Shown one piece after another: positions 9,470 through 19,095 of a stretch of DNA of 32,000 nt. The translations under genes and the position numbers were made by a program. Source of the stretch: Seinonella peptonophila (lineage in GTDB: Bacteria; Bacillota; Bacilli; Thermoactinomycetales; Thermoactinomycetaceae); the NCBI RefSeq assembly GCF_900129355.1, contig NZ_FQVL01000008.1, forward strand, positions 99,155-131,154. The letters run 5' to 3'. Positions within the stretch are counted from its first letter, which is position 1, and the number at the start of each line of letters is the position of its first letter. The notes beneath the pieces are model-generated. The model was given only the letters and a program-made list of their open reading frames with translations. It was not told the DNA's origin and made no database searches.

Positions 9470-10614
9470 TGCTACATTTTAAATGCGAATTTGATTCTAG
9501 AACGGAACTCGTATGTAAAAAGATATAATCTTGGACTGCTTTTATCACGCTGAACAACCTGCCATCAATCAATGTAAATGTGGAGTGCCCCCTATGTTCA
9601 ACATGCATTGACCATTTTTCAGGTGTCATTTGTTATGATTGCGCTCAGCAAATGGAGAGTTCTATTAAGAGTTAGCAAATAATTGCAATTGAACACAGAA
9701 AAAGCGATCAATGGCTATCCACTATTTGAAATCTTCTACCTAGTAAGTGTATGATGATAGAGATATGCCTGAAAGAGTTGTGGTATCACTCACTTTCAAG
9801 TTAAGTGTGCCACTCCTCTTTTCATTTGTATGCATAAAAATACTAAAAACTTAATAGAAACCCATACTGCTCACATGTATATAAACTTCTCAATTGCGAA
9901 GAAGGGAGGGATTTATTATTAAAATTGGAAAATTCTAATAAATTTGAGATTTATATAAACACCTGCAACAAAGGAGGTGTAAATGTGAGTATAGGCGGTG
10001 ATGGAGACCTGCATGATTAAGTCTCAATTATTTATAAAACTATAGAGCGTTCTTTTAGCTTCAATCAAATAAACTACTTTATATTGAAATATAATGATAA
10101 ATATACCTTCTTTCAAACCATATACGATCATAGAGTGACAACCATCGTCACTGTGAAGATAAGAATAACTCTATATACGATAAACGAGCCCTATGTGCCC
10201 CCTTCTCTCACATAGGGCTGTAGTCTTGTAGATAAAGTTATGTGATCTGCTCGTGATCATGGTTCACGTCGACGCTCCGACTTAAGCTTGCAAGGATGTT
10301 TGGCTGTTCACTCATTTTTCCAAATGAAAAGTTGAAATCCGTTTTTTCTTATTCATTATAAGCAGATTATCAGAAAGCCCTAACGATTTTGATATCTGCT
10401 TGATTTGACATCATACAGATTTTGGAATTTACAAAGCGATGACTTAGAAAGCGATCCACGATACAATGGAAGAGTTTCGGTTTATAACAAATAAAAGTAT
10501 TTCTGACGGTTTTGACGGAATTAAACATATACAACAGTATATCAAGTGAATACTTCCAAGATATCTTATCACCTTCTATATGTTCTTCTTATTTAAACAG
10601 GAGGCTTTATTATT

Positions 10615-11829
10615 ATGTCAGATACAATTCAATCCAGTATATCAACTAGCCAACCTCAAAACTTATCAAAAAACAATCAGCTCCCATTATGGAAGCTGAT
10701 TGCCTTATCAGCGGCCGGTTTTGTCGCGATTATGACGGAAACTATGCCAGCAGGTCTCTTGATTCAAATTAGTAGAGACCTCCAAGTCTCAGAAGCCTTA
10801 GTGGGGCAGTTGATCACATTATTTGCAATCGGCGCGATGGTCTCAGCAATCCCATTGATCGCTCTGACAAGAAGTTGGGGGCGTAAAAAGGTATTTATCC
10901 TCGCACTTGCTGGCTTATTTTTGTTCAACACAATCACGGCTCTATCAACTAACTATGTATTAACTCTTATTGTCAGGTTTGGTGCTGGCATGTCGATTGC
11001 TCTAATTTGGGGATTATTTGCAGGCTATGCGCGGAGGATGGTTCCACAGCACTTACAAGGGCGGGCGTTAGCCATTGCAGGGGTGGGGCAGCCACTCGCT
11101 TTATCTTTAGGCGTACCACTTGGAACTTGGCTTGGCAAGTTTATAGAGTGGCAAATGATCTTTGGCTTGATTTCGATGATTATCTTAGGGCTAATCATTT
11201 GGATGCTTTTTTTATTACCTGATTTCCCTGGACAAGCGGCAGCTCAAAGAAAATCTCTTCGTCAAGTCTTTGTTATGCCAGGCGTTCGTCCCATCTTATT
11301 TGTACTTTTTGTCTGGGTTTTGGCTCATAATATCCTCTATACCTACATCGCCCCCTTTATGGCGCATGCAGGTCTTGCAAATCGATTAGATATTGCTCTG
11401 CTGGTATTTGGTATCTCATCATTAGTTGGCATCTGGATCACAGGTCTCTTCATTGATGGTCGACTTCGTACACTTACCTTGATCAGTCTTGCTAGCTTTG
11501 CCGTTGCAGCATTGGTATTGGGTATCTTCGTTTCAGTCCCACTGCTGATCTATATCGGAATCGCTGCCTGGGGTCTTACATTTGGAGGAGGTCCTACATT
11601 ATTGCAAACAGCCATTGCTGACACAGCCGAAGAGAATGCTGATGTAGCCATGTCGATGTTTGTAACCGTTTTTAACTTATCAATTGCTGCAGGTGGCATG
11701 GTAGGTGGTCTCTTGCTAGATTATGTTGGAGCAGGAACCTTTCCTTGGGCGCTCGTACTACTTAGTCTGATCGGACTCTTTACAGTCTGGCGCAATCGAA
11801 AACATGCATTCATACCTGATCAAAAGTAA
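10615..11829 (+). CDS. MFS transporter, DHA1 family drug/metabolite efflux type
   Basis: 404 aa, multiple hydrophobic helices, 'MTETMPAGLLIQISRDLQVSEALVGQLITLFAIGAM'; SD ACAGGAGG upstream. Confidence 0.88.
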   Translation: MSDTIQSSISTSQPQNLSKNNQLPLWKLIALSAAGFVAIMTETMPAGLLIQISRDLQVSEALVGQLITLFAIGAMVSAIPLIALTRSWGRKKVFILALAGLFLFNTITALSTNYVLTLIVRFGAGMSIALIWGLFAGYARRMVPQHLQGRALAIAGVGQPLALSLGVPLGTWLGKFIEWQMIFGLISMIILGLIIWMLFLLPDFPGQAAAQRKSLRQVFVMPGVRPILFVLFVWVLAHNILYTYIAPFMAHAGLANRLDIALLVFGISSLVGIWITGLFIDGRLRTLTLISLASFAVAALVLGIFVSVPLLIYIGIAAWGLTFGGGPTLLQTAIADTAEENADVAMSMFVTVFNLSIAAGGMVGGLLLDYVGAGTFPWALVLLSLIGLFTVWRNRKHAFIPDQK

Positions 11830-11860
11830 ATATGCCGTCCTTAAGTGATGGACGGCATAT
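11830..11860. terminator. Bidirectional-type hairpin between the convergent MFS and yhfT genes
   Basis: ATATGCCGTCC-TTAAGTGAT-GGACGGCATAT, 11-bp perfect stem; T-tract weak. Confidence 0.6.
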
Positions 11861-11896
11861 GTTAACGTTATCATTTTGGACTGTTAGAAAACAACC

Positions 11897-13183
11897 TTAT
11901 GATGGAGGTGTATAAAGTCCTACCAATGCTAAAACATTGGCCAAAATCCCGACGATGATCGCAGCTAGAGGACCAGCCGCTAATCTCATTACAGGTCTTC
12001 CCGCAATTTCATTTAACACATAGAGTGATACAACAACAAAGAAGCCCGTTCCTGCCCAAATTTGATTCCCAGCGTTCATTCCACCTACTAATAAGGCAAC
12101 TTCTAAAATCTGCGTCATCCCATTTCGAATATTATCCCCTGAATTTTTTAGCGCAGGGAATTTATTGAGAAAACGACCGATTTTCCCTAGACTTAGCACC
12201 TCAACCCCCATCGCTGAAGCACCTAGCACCCCAGCCAATAATGGGTTGCCTGATAAATAGCCAATTCCGATCAGCCAATCACACCAACCATTTGTAGCAT
12301 AGACACCACTAATTAAAGAAGTGGTAACGATCAAAGGTAAAAATCCAATTGCTGATACAATGGCAACAATGGCAGCAGAGGTAATATCTCCTTTTCCTAA
12401 CAACGCTCCCGCAATGGGCTCACCTGCGATCCAATGGAAACTAGCGGCAATGGCCAAAATCGCCCCCATCGGCAATAGATAATAGATATTTTTACGAATT
12501 CGCGAGGCGTTTTCTGCAAATACCCCTTCGCCCATATCGATCTCTTTCGTCTTATCCCTTGCAGCAATCACGATTAAGCAGATCATCCCGACTAGCATCG
12601 CCATCCCTTCGGGACTGAGGGAGACTTCACTTCCACCAATTTTAAGCGGATTTATCTTCTCTACCACAATTCGCGCTACTAGTGAGAACAGAAATGTAAT
12701 CAAACCTTTTTTCTTACCAAATTGATATCCTACTGCCAATGCAGGGAAAGCGACAAAAGCATAGACAATTGGATCACCAACAGAAGCCAATGCATCGAGG
12801 AAATTAACGGGTAGATGCTTAAAGCCTTTAATAATCGCATCTAATGTAACGGTGACAATTCCTCCATATAATGTACCTACGATTGTCGCAATGATCGAAC
12901 TGGAGAAAAATGTTCCAATAATATCCGCTGCAAGTAAAACAATATGAATCACAATGATTCCTGTTGCTAAGGTGATCGGCATGGCGAATCCTGTAATAAA
13001 ACCAATACTGATCGCAAAGGAGACTGCTGCCAATTCTCTGCGTTTCATATTCCCATTGAGAAACTCAGGCATAATAGGTCGCAAACCATCATGATAGACA
13101 GCAATCGCCCGATTGGCGAGAAATGATGCATATCCACCCATGATTGCAAAGATGATAATCTTGATTATTTGCATCGAGTTCAT
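11897..13183 (-). CDS. yhfT: YhfT-like multi-spanning membrane protein
   Basis: 428 aa; 'ANRAIAVYHDGLRPIMPEFLNGNMKRRELAAVSFAISIGFITGF' resembles E. coli YhfT; adjacent yhfU/W/X. Confidence 0.85.
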   Translation of the reverse strand: MNSMQIIKIIIFAIMGGYASFLANRAIAVYHDGLRPIMPEFLNGNMKRRELAAVSFAISIGFITGFAMPITLATGIIVIHIVLLAADIIGTFFSSSIIATIVGTLYGGIVTVTLDAIIKGFKHLPVNFLDALASVGDPIVYAFVAFPALAVGYQFGKKKGLITFLFSLVARIVVEKINPLKIGGSEVSLSPEGMAMLVGMICLIVIAARDKTKEIDMGEGVFAENASRIRKNIYYLLPMGAILAIAASFHWIAGEPIAGALLGKGDITSAAIVAIVSAIGFLPLIVTTSLISGVYATNGWCDWLIGIGYLSGNPLLAGVLGASAMGVEVLSLGKIGRFLNKFPALKNSGDNIRNGMTQILEVALLVGGMNAGNQIWAGTGFFVVVSLYVLNEIAGRPVMRLAAGPLAAIIVGILANVLALVGLYTPPS

Positions 13184-13221
13184 GGTTCACCCTCCCATTT
13201 CTACTATGACTATGTCGATTT

Positions 13222-13596
13222 TTATTCTTTTTCAAGTAAGGTATCTAAGAGCAGCTTCATCGATTGTTCTACATGATCATTGGTAAAACCAAATGCCTTC
13301 ACACCTTTTTTAACGGCTTCCTCAACAACTTCCTTTTTAGGCGCTCGACCAGCCATCGAGATCGTCGCGCATTTATCGCGACCTAAGACACCATAAGCCA
13401 TTGCTAATGCACCACCTGCACCGCTCTGGCATGCTCCAACGTAATAGTCATAAGTTCCATTTTTCACTAACATTGCCGCTTCTACATCGGTAAAAATATC
13501 AGCCACTGCTTGTTGACTGGCATGCTGCTCGACATACGCTTTGATCTCATTCTTTGTTAATTGACCGCCAATGGCAAACTTCATCATGGTATTCAT
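13222..13596 (-). CDS. yhfU: YhfU-like protein (DUF2620)
   Basis: 124 aa glycine-rich 'NGTYDYYVGACQSGAGGALAMAYGVLG' and position in the yhf cluster. Confidence 0.82.
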   Translation of the reverse strand: MNTMMKFAIGGQLTKNEIKAYVEQHASQQAVADIFTDVEAAMLVKNGTYDYYVGACQSGAGGALAMAYGVLGRDKCATISMAGRAPKKEVVEEAVKKGVKAFGFTNDHVEQSMKLLLDTLLEKE

Positions 13597-13599
13597 CTC

Positions 13600-14793
13600 C
13601 TATTTCATTACAATTTGTTCATAAAAGCTGGTTCCAAACTCAGGCTTTGGTAATTGGAAAAACTGACTCATCGTCGCACCAATATCAGCCATTGTTGAAC
13701 GTGTTCCAATTGAAACCGGTTGAACTTTTGATCCAATCACTAGAATCGGCGTATATTCACGAGTATGGTTTGAGTGTCCTATCGTTGGATCATTTCCATG
13801 ATCTGCCGTAATAATCAGTACATCATCGTCTTGAAGCAGTGGAATAAATGAGTCTAGGAACTGATCGACTGTTTCCAGTACTGACCGATACCATGTCACA
13901 TCTTCGGCATGTCCTGCTAAATCGGTCTCTTGGACATTGACTAGAAAAGCCGCAGCTTTCTTCTCCTCTTCATAGAGCTTTTGAAAGCGTTTTAATACCT
14001 CGGAAGTTTGAACAACCGGATCTGCATAACCGCGTCCATGCACTACATCGGCTGTTTTTCCAATTCGATATACAGGGATGTCAAATTGTTCGGCAAGTGT
14101 TGGAAATTGCTTTTCGTAGTCTACTCCATAACCTAAATGCATCACTTGATAACCTTCCCCATAAACGCCTGCTTTTGGGCTATCGACACCCCATTGTCCG
14201 GGATTTTTCTCTTTAACCGCTGCGAGAATACGTTCAATATTTGTCTTTTGATTTCCGTAAACGATCACTCGACTTGTATCAACATGCTGACGAATCATCT
14301 TTCCGATCTGAATCGATTCTGCAAAAGAGATCTGGTTTAAATCACAGACCACATTGATAATATTGCCCAATGCCGATTCAAGGTTATCACCAATGACAAC
14401 AGCTTGATTTACCAACAACACACTCCCATTTGAAACAGGATGTGTCACTTGATATCCAGCTTGCTTTAGTACCTGCTCAAATAGATCTCCTACTTCCATC
14501 ATCAGCCGCTTCTGTGGTTTGCCTGGTCTGCTGCCCATTAACTCCTGATGGCCCATAAAAGTATCTGCTCCATAATGCGCCAATTTACTACGCCCAAAGG
14601 CTGCCGTAGGGACACCCTGATCATCGACAAGTCGTCCCAATCCTAAACGATATAAAGTAGGGATCTGCAAACACACTTGTTCACGAATATGTTTATACGT
14701 ATGAGCATTTAGATCTGAAGGCTGAATCTGTAGGCAATCTTCCATCGCTCCGATTCCAAAACCATCAAGGACGAGTAAGGTTATTTTCCCCAT
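13600..14793 (-). CDS. yhfW: YhfW-like phosphopentomutase/alkaline-phosphatase superfamily metalloenzyme
   Basis: 'LLVLDGFGIGAMEDC', 'GADTFMGHQELMG', 'DDVLIITADHGNDPTIGHSNHTREYTPIL' metal-binding motifs. Confidence 0.88.
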   Translation of the reverse strand: MGKITLLVLDGFGIGAMEDCLQIQPSDLNAHTYKHIREQVCLQIPTLYRLGLGRLVDDQGVPTAAFGRSKLAHYGADTFMGHQELMGSRPGKPQKRLMMEVGDLFEQVLKQAGYQVTHPVSNGSVLLVNQAVVIGDNLESALGNIINVVCDLNQISFAESIQIGKMIRQHVDTSRVIVYGNQKTNIERILAAVKEKNPGQWGVDSPKAGVYGEGYQVMHLGYGVDYEKQFPTLAEQFDIPVYRIGKTADVVHGRGYADPVVQTSEVLKRFQKLYEEEKKAAAFLVNVQETDLAGHAEDVTWYRSVLETVDQFLDSFIPLLQDDDVLIITADHGNDPTIGHSNHTREYTPILVIGSKVQPVSIGTRSTMADIGATMSQFFQLPKPEFGTSFYEQIVMK

Positions 14794-15954
14794 TTATGTC
14801 CCTCTTCTCTGCAAATAAACAAGTTCAGGTTTTTGGTCGATATGGCGGATATAAGCAACATGTGCGCGCGTAACAAAAATCTGTGTTCTGAAAGCATAGA
14901 CTACCGTATCTCCAATAGCTGTATCTTCTTTACGTTCCAACTCACCATAATAATCAATATGATCTCCTCTATAATCTTCTGTCACTCGATGATAATGATG
15001 AAGAATCTGATCAGGGTGACGTGCTACAAATGCACCTTTCATATGAGATCGAGGATAAAATCCTCCTCCTATCACATAAACATGGTCATCATAAAAATGG
15101 GAGACTTCCGTGACATATACCATCGCTGGCAACTCATCTAGATCCAAAGCTGCATGAAGAGGGGTTGTACCTGTTAATGCATGTCCTGGTTCTCCATGTG
15201 TAATCCCCTGTTGCTTCAGCATGGGAATCGTATGACAACATGTCGCACTAGGCCCATTTAGCTGTGTCACATTCATTCCAAAAGATTGCAGAAGGTCACG
15301 CGCTGCCAATAAAGTCTCTAGATTTGAGGTAAACAGATATTCGGTCTGTGTTTCATTCAGCTTTAAAACAGGAAAAGTCGTAACCCCTACAACGCGAATC
15401 CCAGATAGTTTGTTCAGTTCAGGTATTACCTTTGATAGTTCCTCTAAAGTAAAACCACCTGCCTGACCTTGGTAATATTCATCATTTGGTTGAACGACTC
15501 GCAGCAAAACATCCTGCACCAGCCCATGCTGGATCGCTTTAGCAGATAACTGAGCTGCTCTCTCTTTTGAAAAAACCGTCACAACTTGCGGTTGTATCTG
15601 CTTTAAAATATGCCCCCATTCATTTTTGCCAGGCTGTACAAGATGACCCAAATGACCGATTTTTACGCCTGATTTTGCTAAAATACGCGCCTCATCATAA
15701 TCGACTGCTACGGCTTGATCAATTCCATGTTGACTAATCCAACGACCGATAAAATCATTTCTACCCAGTTGCTTTGACATAAAATAAAGCTGAAAATCAT
15801 GTTCTTTTGCTGTTAGGGATAGTTTTTGGATATTGTGTGTTAGTGCATCCAAATCAACTACATACGTATTGGGAGGGATTTGTCCCGATTGATGGAGCAT
15901 CACAGAAGCTTTTAATAAAGACGGATTTCGCCTTTTGATTACATCAGTAAACAT
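14794..15954 (-). CDS. yhfX: YhfX-like PLP-dependent amino-acid racemase-fold enzyme
   Basis: 386 aa; 'NTYVVDLDALTHNIQKLSLTAKEHDFQLYFMSKQLGRN' alanine-racemase-like N-terminal barrel; abuts yhfW. Confidence 0.87.
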   Translation of the reverse strand: MFTDVIKRRNPSLLKASVMLHQSGQIPPNTYVVDLDALTHNIQKLSLTAKEHDFQLYFMSKQLGRNDFIGRWISQHGIDQAVAVDYDEARILAKSGVKIGHLGHLVQPGKNEWGHILKQIQPQVVTVFSKERAAQLSAKAIQHGLVQDVLLRVVQPNDEYYQGQAGGFTLEELSKVIPELNKLSGIRVVGVTTFPVLKLNETQTEYLFTSNLETLLAARDLLQSFGMNVTQLNGPSATCCHTIPMLKQQGITHGEPGHALTGTTPLHAALDLDELPAMVYVTEVSHFYDDHVYVIGGGFYPRSHMKGAFVARHPDQILHHYHRVTEDYRGDHIDYYGELERKEDTAIGDTVVYAFRTQIFVTRAHVAYIRHIDQKPELVYLQRRGT

Positions 15955-15956
15955 GC

Positions 15957-16331
15957 CTATCCCTCCTTTGTATCGACCTGTGCTAAGTAATTAGCAAGAT
16001 GTGCCATGATAAATCCGTGTTCTTGAGTTGGAAGGACATAAGGCAAATTCGCCTGTATCGCTTCAAACATCTCTTTTGCCTGACTGTAATAGGGAGAGCT
16101 CTTCACCTCCTCTTCAATTCCAGGCGCGGGAAGAGGAAGCGCTTCATTCTGCTCGATCCTAGTTACGACCATCGCCAGATGAGTTAACATCATCTCAGCC
16201 GCTTCATGTCTACTTGGCGTATTGATTTGAAGCTGTTGAATTATTTGCAGCGTTATATCATAAGCTAAAGGGGTGATCACTTCCTGTTTAAGCAGAAAAG
16301 CTAGCCGATCATTTGCATATTTCATTGTCAT
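15957..16331 (-). CDS. yhfY: YhfY-like stand-alone PRD-domain protein
   Basis: 124 aa with the PRD His pattern ('MLTHLAMVVTRIEQ', 'HGFIMAHLANYLA'). Confidence 0.8.
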   Translation of the reverse strand: MTMKYANDRLAFLLKQEVITPLAYDITLQIIQQLQINTPSRHEAAEMMLTHLAMVVTRIEQNEALPLPAPGIEEEVKSSPYYSQAKEMFEAIQANLPYVLPTQEHGFIMAHLANYLAQVDTKEG

Positions 16332-16432
16332 CTTCCTTACAAAGTACAGTATTTTGTATTTTAATTGGATAGATGATTCTAATCCCCCAGATCAGATTAG
16401 AATCATCCACATTGCGCGAATCGCAGCATAGG

Positions 16433-17380
16433 CTAATAATGGGGCAAGATTTGTTTTGTCTCGACTTTCTTTTGTGTCTCTAAAATTTCTTCCACTGATA
16501 ACATAGAAAGAATCGTCTGTAGTTCTGTTTGCTCCGCTTTAATCAAGAGACATGCTTCTGTTATCTTCTGTTCAATCTTTTTTGCATGTGAACGGCTCAA
16601 AGGAATCTGTTTCATCAATGGAGCATTTCTTCCTACTTCATCTTTATTCCAGATCGCTGCATCGATTTGTCCGATTTCTAGCATATCTAAGAGATTCATA
16701 TAACTTAGCTCAATAAATGTAACATCTAGTCCTTCACATTCTGCAAGCGTTAGCTCTCTCTGGTCATCTGAAGTATGATCAATCCCAATCTTCATTCCAC
16801 TTTCAATTCGGGTATATTCAGGATGAGAAAGGAAAATCGAATGACCAGATACATAGGAAAAAGGTCCAAAAGTTAAGCCGATCTGAACGGCTGGATCCTG
16901 TTTGCAGATTAGTTCAGCCGCCAATCGCGAGACAATCGCAAAATCGTATCTACCATCTAGCATTGCCTTTACACGGGGTAATGATCCACGCATATAAGCC
17001 AGATGAAAAGGTAAGTCCTTTTTTTTGAATGCTTTTGTTAATCCTGTTGCCAAGCCTTCATATTTCTTCGAATAAGGTAATGGCATCGCACCAATCAATT
17101 GACCAATCCCTGAAAATTGAAGGAGCTTATGATTATCTTTTGCTAATAAAAATGTCCCTAAGTGTCCACGCGATTCTACACGAATCGCTTGATTCTCTTC
17201 TAAGAAACGTAAAGCGCCTTGGATGGTACCTCTGCCTAATGATAACTCGCTCGCAAAGTCACTAATCCTGGGAATCCGCTGATTCACTTCGATTGTCAGC
17301 ATCTTTCGAGCTATTTTCTGGGCAGCGAATCCATACTTTGTTAAAAGCATTTGCTCCAACTTGATCCCTCTAACCTTCAA
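16433..17380 (-). CDS. yhfZ: YhfZ-like GntR-type transcriptional regulator with periplasmic-binding-like C-terminal domain
   Basis: 'PRISDFASELSLGRGTIQGALRFLEENQAIRVESRGHLGTFLL' HTH followed by ligand-binding-like domain. Annotated start is TTG; an internal ATG (near 17350) is also possible. Confidence 0.85.
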   Translation of the reverse strand: MKVRGIKLEQMLLTKYGFAAQKIARKMLTIEVNQRIPRISDFASELSLGRGTIQGALRFLEENQAIRVESRGHLGTFLLAKDNHKLLQFSGIGQLIGAMPLPYSKKYEGLATGLTKAFKKKDLPFHLAYMRGSLPRVKAMLDGRYDFAIVSRLAAELICKQDPAVQIGLTFGPFSYVSGHSIFLSHPEYTRIESGMKIGIDHTSDDQRELTLAECEGLDVTFIELSYMNLLDMLEIGQIDAAIWNKDEVGRNAPLMKQIPLSRSHAKKIEQKITEACLLIKAEQTELQTILSMLSVEEILETQKKVETKQILPHY

Positions 17381-17401
17381 TATACAGATATTTGTATATT
17401 G
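17378..17401. promoter_or_regulatory. Candidate operator (perfect inverted repeat) at the yhfZ start and the divergent PTS intergenic region
   Basis: CAATATACA-GATATT-TGTATATTG, 9-bp perfect half-sites. Confidence 0.5.
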
Positions 17402-17550
17402 GATTTTCTTTAGTGTAGCTCTTTTTTATTTCATATGCAAGTAAAATCTACAATCGGATTTGATGGTGAAAAAATGAAAGCCTTTTCTTGCTTTCTGTCC
17501 ATAGATATTTTATGATATATGAAAATAATTTTCATAAAGGAGGTTTTTTG

Positions 17551-19095
17551 ATGAGTACTTTCTTCGAGAAAGCACAACAATTTGGTAAATCATTTATGCT
17601 TCCTATCGCTGTACTGCCTGCGGCTGGTCTACTATTAGGAATTGGAGGGGCACTTTCCAATCCAAATACAGTAAAGGTATATTCTTTTCTGGATATTGGC
17701 TGGCTTCAATCTATTTTTACGATCATGTCTAGTGCAGGTACTGTTGTCTTTGCAAACCTGGCGCTCCTTTTTGCCATTGGAATTTCGATCGGTCTTGCAA
17801 AAACAGATAAAGGGACAGCCGGATTAGCAGGCGTACTTGCTTTTCTCGTCATGAATGCAACCATCTCTGCCTTGCTGACTATTACAGGGAAGCTCAATAC
17901 AGAAAACCCAGCTGCAGTGGGTCAAGGTTCTATACTGGGCATTCAAACGTTAGAAACAGGCGTTTTTGGTGGGGTGCTTGTGGGAATATTAGCCGCTTGG
18001 CTTCACAATCGCTATAACAAAAAGCAATTGCCCAAATTCCTTGGCTTTTTCAGTGGTTCACGATTTGTACCCATTATTGCTTCTTTTGCCGCTATTTTTC
18101 TTGGTATCATCCTCTTTTTTGTCTGGCCTTTCATCCAAAAAGGTATCTTTCAAATGGGTGGTCTAGTCGAGGCGACTGGATATATCGGAACACTGATCTA
18201 TGGCTTTGTTCTCCGTATGCTTGGACCCTTTGGACTCCACCATATTTTCTATATGCCATTTTGGACAACGAGTCTTGGCGGCTCCATGATGATCCATGGA
18301 AAGCTGATCGAGGGAACACAACGTATATTTTTTGAACAGTTGGCCGATCCCAATATACAGCAATTCTATATCGGTACAGCACGCTTTATGTCTGGCCGTT
18401 TTATTACGATGATGTTTGGTTTAGTCGGCGCTTGCTTAGCTATGTATCATGCTGCTAAGCCTGAAAATAAGAAGCTCGTTGCCGGTCTGCTCACATCTGC
18501 CGCGCTCACTTCATTTCTAACCGGCATTACAGAACCAATCGAATTCTCTTTTCTTTTTATCGCTCCTGCTTTATATGTATTACACGCCTTCTTTGATGGA
18601 TTGGCCTTTATGCTTGCCCATATCTTTCAGATCACAATCGGTCAAACATTCTCAGGTGGATTTATTGACTTCATCCTCTTTGGCATCCTGCAAGGAAATG
18701 CGAAGACCAACTGGGTCATGGTTCCGATTATTGGGATCTTCTGGTTCTTCTTATACTACTTCTCATTTAAATTCCTAATTAAAAAATTCAATTTCAAAAC
18801 ACCTGGAAGAGAGGACACTGAGGAAGCCAGCGTACAGATCACAAGTCAGAGTGAGCGTGCCAACACAATTATTCAGGGTCTGGGTGGTAAAGAAAATTTA
18901 CAAGATGTTGATTGTTGCGCAACTCGTTTAAGAGTAACAGTGAAGGATGTCCAATTAGTAGATGATGGACTCCTTAAACAGACGGGTGCGCGCGGAATTG
19001 TCAAAAAAGGAAATGGCGTCCAAGTAATCTATGGTCCTGAGGTCACAATCATTAAAAATGAAGTGGAAGAAATTGTGGGGGAATCATATGCTTAA
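17551..19095 (+). CDS. PTS glucose/N-acetyl-amino-sugar family EIICB component
   Basis: '[37 protein letters not shown]', '[15 protein letters not shown]', IIB motif '[15 protein letters not shown]'. Start preferred at 17551 (SD AAAGGAGG) rather than the 17488 track start. Confidence 0.92.
   Translation: MSTFFEKAQQFGKSFMLPIAVLPAAGLLLGIGGALSNPNTVKVYSFLDIGWLQSIFTIMSSAGTVVFANLALLFAIGISIGLAKTDKGTAGLAGVLAFLVMNATISALLTITGKLNTENPAAVGQGSILGIQTLETGVFGGVLVGILAAWLHNRYNKKQLPKFLGFFSGSRFVPIIASFAAIFLGIILFFVWPFIQKGIFQMGGLVEATGYIGTLIYGFVLRMLGPFGLHHIFYMPFWTTSLGGSMMIHGKLIEGTQRIFFEQLADPNIQQFYIGTARFMSGRFITMMFGLVGACLAMYHAAKPENKKLVAGLLTSAALTSFLTGITEPIEFSFLFIAPALYVLHAFFDGLAFMLAHIFQITIGQTFSGGFIDFILFGILQGNAKTNWVMVPIIGIFWFFLYYFSFKFLIKKFNFKTPGREDTEEASVQITSQSERANTIIQGLGGKENLQDVDCCATRLRVTVKDVQLVDDGLLKQTGARGIVKKGNGVQVIYGPEVTIIKNEVEEIVGESYA

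Noticed and set aside
14137-14340. Plus-strand ORF inside yhfW, and similar opposite-strand ORFs inside other genes (e.g. 461-727, 4599-5021, 6109-6591, 16999-17265, 19291-19548)
   Set aside because: They are fully contained in well supported genes on the other strand and show no domain content.
15999-16187. Plus-strand 62-aa ORF antisense to yhfY
   Set aside because: yhfY has a convincing PRD pattern; the antisense ORF has no SD or motif.
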